The notes under the pieces were generated by a model. The model did no database searches. It saw only the letters and a program-made list of their open reading frames with translations, and had not been told where the DNA came from. Source: a virus (Duplodnaviria > Caudoviricetes). Taken from it: 64,000 nucleotides of DNA. The stretch lies in IMG/VR virus record IMGVR_UViG_3300033463_004542, positions 34,092-98,091 of that record. The stretch is one strand, 5' to 3'. The translations under genes and the position numbers were made by a program. Of this stretch, positions 36,661-46,216 are shown in pieces. Within the stretch, counting starts at the first letter, position 1; every line of letters begins with the position of its first letter.

Positions 36661-38814
36661 TTAGGCTATCTTGAGCCTAATGAGGTCCTTCTTCTCTACG
36701 ATTCTTTCTGAAAGGTCTCTCTTGCCTTCAACTATATCGTGTACATCTTCATCATATGTGCCATGAGACATGATTGTATGAATCGTGACTGCAGATGTTG
36801 TACCGATTCTGTGGGCTCTATCGCAAGCCTGTTCCTTGGCACCGTTTGTCCAAGGCTCGTCTAAGAAGACAACTTCTGTAGCGGCTGTAAGGGTAAGACC
36901 TACGCCTGCTGCTCCTGTGGTTGCGCAGAAGACCTTAACTGAATCGTCTGTCTGGAACTTATTGACAAGTGCCTGCCTATCTGAATCAGGAGTCTCACCT
37001 GTGATTACTACAGGATTGAATCTCTTCAATCTCTCAACTGCAGGATTGATTCCCTGAATCCAATTGCTGTATACGATGACCTTTGTGCCTGAGTAAACGG
37101 CCTCTTCGACTATCTGCTCAAGTCTGTCGAGCTTGGGGTTATTCTTGATGAAATTGAAAGGACCAATTCCACCAGATACCTGACGAAGTCTCATCTTGAG
37201 GGCAAGTATGCACTCTGTATTGATGATATCGTTGAGTTCGGGGTCTTCGATGGCTTCGTCGATAATCTGATTGTATAACTTCTTCTGCTCATCTGTGAGT
37301 TCTACGTACTCGTTCTTGTAAATCTTCTCGGGAAGGTCAAGAACCTCACCCTTCGTTCTACGAATCATGATGGCACCTAACTGAGCCCTGAGCTGGTCAA
37401 TGTTCTTGTAGCCTACGATATTGCCCCATTCGTCGTACTGACAGAAATGATACTTGAACTGTCTGAATTCATAAGGCTCATATCCTAACCACTTGAGGAT
37501 TGAATAAAGGTCTAATGGAGTATTGATTAAGGGTGTACCTGTCATCGCGATGCGATAATAAGGCTGAAGCTGAATCAGGCCCTGTCCCTGCTTGGTCTCA
37601 AGATTCTTACATCTATGAGATTCGTCTGCGGCTATCATGTTGATTATACCTGCATCACAAAGAGCTTTAAGTTCTGCGGCTATCTCTGTGTTCCTGAGGG
37701 ACTCGATATTCGTGATGATGAAATAATGAGAATCAATACCAGAACCTGTTCCGAGTTCCTTGATATCTGCAAGCTTATCAGCATTGCTACCGATGTACAT
37801 CTTACCTGAACGCTTCATCGTTCTCTGTCCGAGGATGTAACCTGTCTCGTTGGAATGCTTTTCAATCTCTTCAAGCCAGTTCCACTTAAGAGAATTTACA
37901 CAAGCGATGATAAGGCAATGCTTGAAGTTCTGAGCCTGCTTGCGAATAAGGGCCAGGTCAATAACTTCTTTTGTCTTACCAAGACCCTGGTCGTCTGCAA
38001 GAAGGAATCTGCTATGCTCTAAGCCAAACTGAATACCTTCAAGCTGATGCTCCATAGGATTTGTTTTGAAGTTGAATCCTGCATCTACTTCAACTGTATC
38101 AGGAACGATTTCCTCGTTCTCGATGTTCCAAGTGAAATGAGATAAAGCGGACTTGAGTTCGTTCAACTCTTTGTACTCGATTTCCCACCTCTTATTATCG
38201 GGGTCCCAGAACCTAGCCCTGAGAGCCTTAACTGATGCAACGACTTCCTTATTGTAGTCGAATGTAAGGAATACGGAGAAGTCATCTGTGCATCTGATAG
38301 GCTTATCAATCCTAGCGGTGATGACTGCTGCCTTAGGCTCAACTGCCTCAGTCTCTGCCTTCTTCTCTTCTACAAGAGTAGGAAGGTCATCTACTGAAAG
38401 GAAGTTACCGTCTTCATCTTCGATAGACTTGATGGCGGACTTCGCAACCCATCCGGTCCAAACGGTGTTAACCAACTTTTCACGATAGATGCGAACTGCT
38501 TCGTTGAGTTCTTCTTCACTATCAAAAGGATTTACGTAATTGTGACCACCGCAGATAGGACCAATTCCGAAGAACTGAGAAACCTTATTGGTGATGGGGC
38601 GGCCGCAATGCATACATCTTGTGGTTACTCTCTGCTTGATATCGCCGTGAAGTGACATCTTAACCATGCCCTTCGTTTCAGTGAGCTTACCACTAGTATA
38701 CATGACTACTAGCGGCATCGGGATATCGTCGTTAAATTTCTGCATGAAATCGAAACCATCTGAAGACTTAAAAGTCATCCAAGGCTTAACTTCTATCTGA
38801 TATTCGTGCTTCAT
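36661..38814 (-). CDS. SNF2-family helicase (SMARCAL1/HARP-like) with N-terminal CxxC zinc finger
   Basis: LADDQGLGKT, DESH, MTGTP, GVGLTLT and QACDRAHRIG motifs; GGAGG RBS before 38814. Confidence 0.9.
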   Translation of the reverse strand: MKHEYQIEVKPWMTFKSSDGFDFMQKFNDDIPMPLVVMYTSGKLTETKGMVKMSLHGDIKQRVTTRCMHCGRPITNKVSQFFGIGPICGGHNYVNPFDSEEELNEAVRIYREKLVNTVWTGWVAKSAIKSIEDEDGNFLSVDDLPTLVEEKKAETEAVEPKAAVITARIDKPIRCTDDFSVFLTFDYNKEVVASVKALRARFWDPDNKRWEIEYKELNELKSALSHFTWNIENEEIVPDTVEVDAGFNFKTNPMEHQLEGIQFGLEHSRFLLADDQGLGKTKEVIDLALIRKQAQNFKHCLIIACVNSLKWNWLEEIEKHSNETGYILGQRTMKRSGKMYIGSNADKLADIKELGTGSGIDSHYFIITNIESLRNTEIAAELKALCDAGIINMIAADESHRCKNLETKQGQGLIQLQPYYRIAMTGTPLINTPLDLYSILKWLGYEPYEFRQFKYHFCQYDEWGNIVGYKNIDQLRAQLGAIMIRRTKGEVLDLPEKIYKNEYVELTDEQKKLYNQIIDEAIEDPELNDIINTECILALKMRLRQVSGGIGPFNFIKNNPKLDRLEQIVEEAVYSGTKVIVYSNWIQGINPAVERLKRFNPVVITGETPDSDRQALVNKFQTDDSVKVFCATTGAAGVGLTLTAATEVVFLDEPWTNGAKEQACDRAHRIGTTSAVTIHTIMSHGTYDEDVHDIVEGKRDLSERIVEKKDLIRLKIA

Positions 38815-38924
38815 ATGAGACCTCCTGTCCTCTGGGACTGTTGATACACTGGTCAAAATACCTATAATGACATTTTAATTATAATATAAATCAGTGTGAA
38901 ATAAAAGTAATCTGCATAATAATT

Positions 38925-38943
38925 TTGAAATAATTCAAGAATT
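38925..38943. promoter_or_regulatory. Putative operator TTGAA-N4-TTCAA (copy 2), upstream of a TATAAT-containing helicase promoter region
   Basis: Identical 19-mer to 36248-36266. Confidence 0.55.
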
Positions 38944-38968
38944 TATAGTTTATTAATAAAGTTTACTT

Positions 38969-39005
38969 AAAAAATGAGCCTACTGCTATAGGTACAATAG
39001 GCTCA
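38969..39005 (-). terminator. Rho-independent terminator
   Basis: TGAGCCTATTG...CAGTAGGCTCA followed by T6. Confidence 0.8.
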
Positions 39006-39075
39006 ACCCAATTAGGAGGCTCACATTATGTCACCAATGTGAACTCACGAATCTCTAGTCCTTACGGACTTATCT
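38969..39075 (-). ncRNA. Candidate small RNA (about 105 nt) with its own promoter and terminator
   Basis: Follows GAATCGTTATA; AGTCC-GTAA-GGACT hairpin, TCACATT/AATGTGA stem, CCTCCT, terminator; no ORF. Confidence 0.45.
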
Positions 39076-39077
39076 TT

Positions 39078-39088
39078 TATAACGATTC
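39078..39088 (-). promoter_or_regulatory. Putative promoter GAATCGTTATA
   Basis: Exact 11-mer directly after a terminator. Confidence 0.6.
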
Positions 39089-39090
39089 AT

Positions 39091-39126
39091 AAAAAATAAA
39101 CTCGCTGAATATTGCTATCCAGCGAG
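39091..39126 (-). terminator. Rho-independent terminator
   Basis: CTCGCTGGATA-GCAA-TATTCAGCGAG followed by TTTATTTTTT. Confidence 0.8.
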
Positions 39127-39173
39127 CCTATATAAATATATGCACCACAGGAGGTAACATATAGGCAGTAAGA

Positions 39174-39404
39174 TTAAGTTTCTTCAATTATAGAAAAGAT
39201 GCGGTCAAACCTTCCACGAATTACATAACTCTTTGCAAAGTTATAAGCAGATTCAAAATTCTTTGCATGAATTCTTTTTGTGCTTGTAACATGGCCGTCA
39301 AGTCCAACTAGTTTAATTAAATAAGCCCTAGTCTCTTCAGGCTCCATTGCATATTCGTATAACTCTTCTTCAGATGACGTTATAATATATCTTTCCTTTT
39401 TCAT
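39174..39404 (-). CDS. Small protein with leader variant MKKERYIITSS
   Basis: AGGAG RBS. Confidence 0.6.
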   Translation of the reverse strand: MKKERYIITSSEEELYEYAMEPEETRAYLIKLVGLDGHVTSTKRIHAKNFESAYNFAKSYVIRGRFDRIFSIIEET

Positions 39405-39529
39405 TATCATAATCTCCTGGCTGATTACATGAAGTAGTTTCTGTAATATCTGAATCTTTTGCTAATATGAAATTTAGATAGAATTCCAATTCTTCTTCGG
39501 ACATGCTTACACCTCTTGTTAGATTAGTT

Positions 39530-39565
39530 AAAAATAAAGGGCAAGTAGCCGAAGCTACCTGCCCT
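39530..39565 (-). terminator. Terminator after tail sheath gene (cUUCGg loop)
   Basis: AGGGCAGGTAGC-TTCG-GCTACTTGCCCT followed by TTATTTTT. Confidence 0.85.
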
Positions 39566-39583
39566 AAGATTGTATTAACTAAA

Positions 39584-41932
39584 TCAGGAGGTGAGTGCTG
39601 CAGACTGAGGCAGAGCAATGAGGTCAATTGTGATATCCTCAATAACTCCGGCGGTTCTGATAATAATCTTACCAATTACTGAGTTAGCATTTACTGAATC
39701 TAAACCATTGATGTCGGCTGCCATTGTTACATAATAGCCAGGGTCATCAAGGTCATCTCTACCAGGTACGTCTGCACCCTTTACAAGTGCACCGAGGTTA
39801 GACATTGTATCAAGGATAGGCGTAACTCCCGCATAGAATCTGTCATAAGCATTAGCATTGCTGTACTGATATGTTATTCCGATACCTACTCTATAGACGA
39901 CATCCTGAATTGCATTGAAGATGTATCTTGTAGAAAGGTTAGCCAGAGCCTGGTATGTTGCCGGAGGTACTTCAAATAATGTGGAGTTGCCCCAAATACC
40001 AGCACCAATTTCAGGAAGGTTTGTGATGACGTTGAGTCTGCAACCTTCTCTTGACTGCCACTTATCAAGAAGTGCTTCCGGTACTGTGTAGTCTAACTTA
40101 CCAAGCTTGAAATTTGTACTCCTGACTGTAGGAAGAGCCCATTCATATTGGTTAGCCTGATTAAGAATCATTGCTCTTGTAATCATAAGAGCAAGGAACG
40201 AAGGCGAAGCCGGTGCCGGCCTACTTGTTCCTGCATATGTATACTGGCCCCAAGGAGCAAAGAGAGCAGATGCAGAAGTGAAAAGACCTGTCTGTAATGT
40301 TGTATCATCAGGCTCATATCTGCAAAGTTTCTGTACATAACCTTCTTGAGAAGATGATGTAGAATCGTTCCATACGCCATCTCTAGCAAGGCTCTTCGGA
40401 ATATCAAGAAGAGCTGTTGCACATCTACTATTGTAAGCAACATCTATGAGTTTGACATGCATCGGAGAAAGTGTACCGAAGTGAGCCTTAGGCTCTGTTG
40501 CACCTAATTCGTAGAAATTCTGGTCATCCCAAGGAGTAATAACTCTATTAGGATTATATGAAAGCTTATCTTTGAGAAGGTCATATACCTTAGTAGCATA
40601 AGTGAATGTCCACTCTCTGTATCTAATAGCATAAGCAACATTGATATCTTCTGTTGCTGTCGGGATAGCCTTGATATAATCGAGGTTATCTACTTCTGTA
40701 GATACAATACCAAATCTATCTTTTGCATAATCCTGAGCCTGAGCAAGAACTGAATCATAAGTATCAGCAACATCTTGTGCTGCTGTATCAGAACCATCTT
40801 TTAATCTAGTTGTATCAGCTCCGTCATCGCCTACAAGTACACTATCGTCTGTAATCTTCTCAAATCCTGTGAATACTATGAACTGAGATTCAACTTCACT
40901 TATATGAAGGATACTGTCTGTAGAATTATCTAAGTCGAATACAAAGGTAAGGTTCTCAAGCGAAGTTCTTACATTAGAAGCATCAACTGCATATACAATA
41001 GCATTCCAATATGTCTGGCTTGCACTCTCAATTTTCTTGAGAGTTACAACAAGATTGTTACCAAATGTACCAGGATACTTTGCGGTGATGTTGAGTGCAA
41101 CGCCTTCATCTTCGTAATACTTATCAGCTTCGAAAGTAGGAGCAACAATCTCTGTTCCGTTCTTCTCATAATAAGTATCTGCTGCAAAAGCAGGGGCAAC
41201 AGTCTCTGTTCCATCCTGAATGTAGTAATTTGTGTAGTCTGTGGCCCAATCAGCAGGCTCGGAAGATAAGAGAACATATTCGTTATCCTCAAGCTTATAG
41301 TATGTATTTGCTTGGAATTCTGGAGCACTCTCGCCAGTTACATGTGCATAAGTGGGAACTTCTACACCTTCTACTGCTTCGTACTGGTCGCCATTCCTCG
41401 TGAAGTAATTAGCATAATCTGTGGCCCAATCAGCAGGCTGAACTGTCAATAAATCATACTTATCAACTTCTACACCTTCTACGTGAACGAACTGAAGTGA
41501 AGCATCTTTCTCGTAGTAATTAGCATAATTTGTTTCCCAATCTGCAGGCTCGGAAGATAAAACCTTCATATCTGCTGTATCGCTAAACTTACCAGAAGCC
41601 GATGTACCAGGACAAAGTCTGCAAACAAGAACATCATATCCATTAGTGATAAGTGAAAGAGCAATCTGATATGAATAATCTTTTGCCCTTCTGTAATTTG
41701 CAGCAGGTCCTCTAAATGTTGATACAAAATTCTGTAAACCTGTCTGTGTTGAATTAAACCTTGTCCAAGCAGTATCCTCTAATGCATCAGATAAAGACTT
41801 ACCTGTTGAGGTAGGGTCTTGAAATGCAGGGCCCCAACAAGAGGTGATAGGGAGTGCTACGGTACAATAGTTTGAGTTTGTAACATTAATCGAATAATTG
41901 TTAGAAATTGGATTAATTGTTATCTTAGCCAT
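39584..41932 (-). CDS. Tail sheath protein (gp18-like) with nested PADW repeat insertion
   Basis: WGP, AKYPG..GN.L, ALLD.P, LFAPW, LNVI...IWGN.TL and LSTR motifs. Confidence 0.85.
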   Translation of the reverse strand: MAKITINPISNNYSINVTNSNYCTVALPITSCWGPAFQDPTSTGKSLSDALEDTAWTRFNSTQTGLQNFVSTFRGPAANYRRAKDYSYQIALSLITNGYDVLVCRLCPGTSASGKFSDTADMKVLSSEPADWETNYANYYEKDASLQFVHVEGVEVDKYDLLTVQPADWATDYANYFTRNGDQYEAVEGVEVPTYAHVTGESAPEFQANTYYKLEDNEYVLLSSEPADWATDYTNYYIQDGTETVAPAFAADTYYEKNGTEIVAPTFEADKYYEDEGVALNITAKYPGTFGNNLVVTLKKIESASQTYWNAIVYAVDASNVRTSLENLTFVFDLDNSTDSILHISEVESQFIVFTGFEKITDDSVLVGDDGADTTRLKDGSDTAAQDVADTYDSVLAQAQDYAKDRFGIVSTEVDNLDYIKAIPTATEDINVAYAIRYREWTFTYATKVYDLLKDKLSYNPNRVITPWDDQNFYELGATEPKAHFGTLSPMHVKLIDVAYNSRCATALLDIPKSLARDGVWNDSTSSSQEGYVQKLCRYEPDDTTLQTGLFTSASALFAPWGQYTYAGTSRPAPASPSFLALMITRAMILNQANQYEWALPTVRSTNFKLGKLDYTVPEALLDKWQSREGCRLNVITNLPEIGAGIWGNSTLFEVPPATYQALANLSTRYIFNAIQDVVYRVGIGITYQYSNANAYDRFYAGVTPILDTMSNLGALVKGADVPGRDDLDDPGYYVTMAADINGLDSVNANSVIGKIIIRTAGVIEDITIDLIALPQSAALTS

Positions 41933-41952
41933 ATTATTTGACTCCTCCTGAT

Positions 41953-42195
41953 TTATGTTTGCTTTCTTTTGGTATAAGTTCTCTTCTTCTTAACTTCTAC
42001 TGGCTTAGGCTCTTCTTGCTTAGGTTTAGTAATTATTGCCCTCGGCTTAATAGGTGTAGAAGGAACTTCCTTGACTCTAATCATCTTGATATGATTTATG
42101 AATCCGGGAACTTCCTTTATCTCATTTGGGTTAAATGTTACACCGTAGAAAGTTAACGGAATATTAGAACTATTCTTGTATCTTATCATAAACAA
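41953..42195 (-). CDS. Small basic hypothetical protein
   Basis: ORF upstream of sheath with AACCTT motif. Confidence 0.6.
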   Translation of the reverse strand: MFMIRYKNSSNIPLTFYGVTFNPNEIKEVPGFINHIKMIRVKEVPSTPIKPRAIITKPKQEEPKPVEVKKKRTYTKRKQT

Positions 42196-42215
42196 TAATA
42201 CCTCTGTTAATATTA

Positions 42216-42221
42216 AAGGTT
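42216..42221 (-). promoter_or_regulatory. Putative late promoter AACCTTTAAT (sheath operon)
   Basis: Recurrent motif overlapping the upstream stop codon. Confidence 0.6.
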
Positions 42222-43218
42222 AATCTTCATTGTCGTTTTCTTCTAAATCTTTAAGAGAAGGAATTGGAGTAGAAGTTAATTCAGCCGTTGTAAGATATTC
42301 AACCGGCTCCATTACACTGATATATATTTTCTTAAGTTTTACTGTTCGTCTTGTAGCAGACTGTATTTGAGCTAAACTAAAACTATCTGAATCGTTGTAT
42401 CTACACTCAAGCCAATAGAATGTGTAGAATTTATCTGTAGCAGATACAAGATTAATCCAACCCCTACCATCTACACCAGGATTATTTGAATTATATCTGT
42501 CGTAAGAATCTTCTCTATTGATAATAACTTTGACCCACAAGTCCTTACCCATGGTTCTAGATAAGTTATAAGCAGTTATAGCATCATCCCACTTTGAAGT
42601 ATCTATATGGCCAGGGTTTTCTGTTGTTATGAAATTCTCCTCAACAGGAATACCTGTGTTTATCTTCATCAGTACATCATCCCAGTTGATACTTTTCAGT
42701 TTAGAAAATACATCATAAGTAACCTTAAGTGCTTCTATATCGTCAGTTTCTAACAAATCTGCAGATATATTTGTAGATGTCTCAACGGTGGTTACATTTT
42801 TTACTTCACCTGTTTCTTCATCTTTTTGTTCTTTTACTTGAAGATAAGAAGTAAATTTCCAATTGAAACCTCTAACTCTTCCTGAATTTATATCACGACC
42901 GCTATTACTATAGCGATACTTAGGGTCGTCATATTTAGACTTGTTAGATATATACCGTACTACGATGTAGTAGGCATATTCATCACGTCGATAATCTGAT
43001 TGTTTTACACTAATTTGTATGCCCTCAGGAAGTGCTACCATGTCTGACTCAAGAAGCGTCTTTATGTATGCTTCCATATCGCTAGAATAGTTTGATGCAG
43101 CTTCCTCATATGCTGCACGCTGTGCCCTGTGTTCAGAAAGCTGCTTGTTATAATTATCAAGATAATTCTTTCTTTCTCTTATTAATTTTTGTCTTTCAGA
43201 AGCAAATACAAATTTCAT
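42220..43218 (-). CDS. Coiled-coil hypothetical protein, paralog of 45392..46216, leader variant MKFVFAS
   Basis: Shared GKD.W., W...VS.T.KFY and KK...P...EL motifs. Confidence 0.75.
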   Translation of the reverse strand: MKFVFASERQKLIRERKNYLDNYNKQLSEHRAQRAAYEEAASNYSSDMEAYIKTLLESDMVALPEGIQISVKQSDYRRDEYAYYIVVRYISNKSKYDDPKYRYSNSGRDINSGRVRGFNWKFTSYLQVKEQKDEETGEVKNVTTVETSTNISADLLETDDIEALKVTYDVFSKLKSINWDDVLMKINTGIPVEENFITTENPGHIDTSKWDDAITAYNLSRTMGKDLWVKVIINREDSYDRYNSNNPGVDGRGWINLVSATDKFYTFYWLECRYNDSDSFSLAQIQSATRRTVKLKKIYISVMEPVEYLTTAELTSTPIPSLKDLEENDNED

Positions 43219-43219
43219 A

Positions 43220-43486
43220 TTATATTCCCTCCATATCTAATATACCTGTAACTTCATCATCAGAATAACCTAAATCGTAAAGTCTATTAGTTACATAAGT
43301 TACAAAATCATTATCTGAATCAGTTAGTGCCTTTGCTTCGTCTACTACAGAATCAAATTTTTCGTATTCCTCAGGACTGAATCTCTTAGATAAGATGGTT
43401 GCACTTGTGATAGCATCGCCTTCTTCTAAATCTTCAATTCGGCTTTCCAATGCAAAGAGGAAACTATTTATATTATTGAACTTCAT
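43220..43486 (-). CDS. Small acidic hypothetical protein
   Basis: GGAGGG RBS before MKFNN; N-terminus similar to 46213..46530. Confidence 0.65.
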   Translation of the reverse strand: MKFNNINSFLFALESRIEDLEEGDAITSATILSKRFSPEEYEKFDSVVDEAKALTDSDNDFVTYVTNRLYDLGYSDDEVTGILDMEGI

Positions 43487-45110
43487 ATGTATGACCCTCC
43501 GTAGTTTCAATATTTATATAGTCCTTGTTAACTTTGATTAAGTTAGGGCAAGTCGCTTCACTGCACTTAAGTAATTTGATATTTTCAAACTCATAAGATT
43601 CATCAGCACGATTCCAGATAATAGTAAGGTTAGGGCAATTATCAAATGCACTAAATGAAAGGTCTGTGCCATCATCTACAGTAATTGTTCCTTCTATTTC
43701 ACTATCTGCAAAAGCATAAGCACCTATCTTCATTCCACCTAAATCAAGGTCTACACCCTTCAATGAATTACAATTACGGAAAGCACCACCACCCACAATA
43801 GCAACGCTACCAAGGTCTAACTTTTCAAGTGATGAACCATTGAATGCACTTGGGCCTACCTCTGTTACATTGTTAAATTTTACTTCTTCAATAGAAGTAT
43901 CATTTAAGAATGTTTTTGTAACAATCCTCTGTAACTTCGAAGGCATTTCAACATAAGTAAGTCCGCAATCTTTGAAAGCATATGTGCCTAAGTAAACTAC
44001 TGAATCAGGAAGTTGACTTGTTAACTGAGAGCAACCCCTGAAGCAAGAATCTTCAACTACTTTTAATGAAGTACTGTGATTAATAGTGATTAAATTCTCA
44101 CAATTCTGAAATGCACTAGATTCATATTTGACAACTGAATTCGGAATATCAATAGACTCTAACCCACATCGCATGAAGAACCTATCAGGTATTACCTTTA
44201 TTCCTTCGGGAAGCTTGACTTTCTTGAGATTAGACAAGTCTCTAAGGCCCTCTTGTTCAAGTGTAGTAAGTGAATCAGGAAATATGATACTTTCAACGCT
44301 ATCTGGAAAATCCCAAGGAAATCTAACATCTTCAGGGAGTTTGATTTCTTTTGCATCTTCTACATATCCTACAATAGAATCTGCTCTATACTGAACACCA
44401 TCCTTTTCTTTAATACCAAAATATGCTTGGAAATTAGGATGCTCAGAACAGAATTTGTAGAATTGAGCTAAGCCCTTTGAACGGTCGTTTATATCGTACC
44501 AAGAATTTGATTCGAAATGAAGCTGGAATTTTTCATTTGGATTCTTAGTATTTAAGAAGATATAAAGAGGACCTCTGCGGCTATAACTTCTCCAATAATA
44601 ATCATCACCTTCATAAGCGGTGCACCAAGTAGCCTTTGTACCGCCTTCACGAGCAAGAGAAATAGAACCTGGATAAGTAAGGGGCTTCCAAACTTCCCAA
44701 TCACCATCCTCTACACAGAACTCTTTGTCGTCTGTGTTTGCATGGTGTGCTTGTTTCTTAAGCAACTTAGCCTTCTCTTTTTCAGTAAGTTCTCTGTTAC
44801 CAACAGCCTCAGTGTCAGTTAAGAACTCTTCTACTGTCTTATATTGGCCGAGGTCAGGCTTAGGATATTTCTTATAGTTATTTAAGAAGAATCCTAAGGC
44901 GTCTTTGAGGTTAGTATACTCTGATTGGTCTAAGTTGCCTTTGTTATACTGCCTAAAAATCCAAGGGCAATACTTTCCTCCGCGATTCTTTTCAAAATCA
45001 GCAGAAGGGTCAAGCTCGATAAGCTCCTGAAATTTATCATCCTCAAGTTCTGGAGCAAATTGTTCTCTAAGCTTTTCTATGGAAACTACTGCACTGATAT
45101 ATCGTTTCAT
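43473..45110 (-). CDS. Leader-tagged protein with WCTA domain and BspA-type leucine-rich repeats (LRR_5)
   Basis: MKRYISA; repeats such as AFQNCENL, AFKDCGL, AFRNCNSL, IGAYAF. Confidence 0.8.
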   Translation of the reverse strand: MKRYISAVVSIEKLREQFAPELEDDKFQELIELDPSADFEKNRGGKYCPWIFRQYNKGNLDQSEYTNLKDALGFFLNNYKKYPKPDLGQYKTVEEFLTDTEAVGNRELTEKEKAKLLKKQAHHANTDDKEFCVEDGDWEVWKPLTYPGSISLAREGGTKATWCTAYEGDDYYWRSYSRRGPLYIFLNTKNPNEKFQLHFESNSWYDINDRSKGLAQFYKFCSEHPNFQAYFGIKEKDGVQYRADSIVGYVEDAKEIKLPEDVRFPWDFPDSVESIIFPDSLTTLEQEGLRDLSNLKKVKLPEGIKVIPDRFFMRCGLESIDIPNSVVKYESSAFQNCENLITINHSTSLKVVEDSCFRGCSQLTSQLPDSVVYLGTYAFKDCGLTYVEMPSKLQRIVTKTFLNDTSIEEVKFNNVTEVGPSAFNGSSLEKLDLGSVAIVGGGAFRNCNSLKGVDLDLGGMKIGAYAFADSEIEGTITVDDGTDLSFSAFDNCPNLTIIWNRADESYEFENIKLLKCSEATCPNLIKVNKDYINIETTEGHTYEVQ

Positions 45111-45132
45111 TATCCACTACCTCGCTTTGACT

Positions 45133-45390
45133 TTATTTATTTAATATGTATCTTATTAAGTTTTCAGTATCATCTGGATAATTGAGAGTTTTCTTCAATG
45201 CTTTAACAAAGTTATCAGTTACCTCAATTCCAAATCTTTTCTCAAAAGTATCTCTGTCAAAATGTTCTATAAACAGTGGTATAACTTCACCTTTCGGCAA
45301 AGTTTCTACCAATGTTTCAATTATAACATCTAATTCATCTCGTGTCCGGTCTGAAAAATATGTTAATGGATACTTTATGTATAACTTCAT
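45133..45390 (-). CDS. Hypothetical protein with leader variant MKLYIKY
   Basis: ORF. Confidence 0.65.
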   Translation of the reverse strand: MKLYIKYPLTYFSDRTRDELDVIIETLVETLPKGEVIPLFIEHFDRDTFEKRFGIEVTDNFVKALKKTLNYPDDTENLIRYILNK

Positions 45391-45391
45391 A

Positions 45392-46216
45392 TCAACCTGT
45401 TATTCGTGCAATTAAATCTTCTTGACTGATTGTTGTAATCGGACGGTCAAAATTAACATTGTCTTTTTTAACCCGCCAAGGAGACTGTCTTTGAATACGC
45501 TGTATTGCATATTCAGGAGAACTTCGCATATCCCAAGTATTAATCTTAGCAATATTATAGAACTTAGGAGTTTCAGATACAATTTTGTACCATGTTTTTC
45601 CATTGTCACCTTGTATCCATATATCTTTACCGACAGCTTCTTCTAATTCTGCCTCTCTAATCATCTTATCATATCCAGGGTCTTTATAATCCGGGTCATA
45701 AGAAGGGTCTTTAATGCCGATGTATTTGTTATAATCAGGATAAGATTCTTTAGCCTCTTTAAGGAGCGGTGCCCAATCATAATCAACAATTGCTTTGAGG
45801 AAGTTAGCAGAATTCATCAGGTCGTCTAACTGAGCCGATGTAGTTGCATCAAATCCAGACCAGGAATTTGATTCTCTCTTCAATTCTCCGTTTTCATTTA
45901 ATCGGATTTCGTAACTCCATCTGAGACATACATCTTCTCTTTCATCAGCACTGAGATAATCTGCATATTTGAAACGAATTTCAACTCGCTTCCATCCATA
46001 ATCTGCAAATATTTCCAAATAAGGAAGCTTGTCAATATAAGAACTGAATTCTTTTTTAATTAATGCAACAATGTTATCGTTCCAAGCCCATCTAGCCTCA
46101 TCATACTTACGCTCTTGGTCTCTGTATAATTGCTTTCTAGCGTCATACTTCATCTGCCACTGCTGCTTTTCTTTGATAAGGTCATCTTTTCTACTAGATA
46201 CTATATACTTCTTCAT
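45392..46216 (-). CDS. Coiled-coil hypothetical protein with leader MKKYIVSS, paralog of 42220..43218
   Basis: GGAGG RBS; paralogous motifs. Confidence 0.75.
   Translation of the reverse strand: MKKYIVSSRKDDLIKEKQQWQMKYDARKQLYRDQERKYDEARWAWNDNIVALIKKEFSSYIDKLPYLEIFADYGWKRVEIRFKYADYLSADEREDVCLRWSYEIRLNENGELKRESNSWSGFDATTSAQLDDLMNSANFLKAIVDYDWAPLLKEAKESYPDYNKYIGIKDPSYDPDYKDPGYDKMIREAELEEAVGKDIWIQGDNGKTWYKIVSETPKFYNIAKINTWDMRSSPEYAIQRIQRQSPWRVKKDNVNFDRPITTISQEDLIARITG

Noticed and set aside
39370-39675. 101-aa ORF overlapping the sheath end
   Set aside because: It spans the sheath stop and terminator; at most the 3' part from MSEEEL (GAGGTG RBS) is a real small gene
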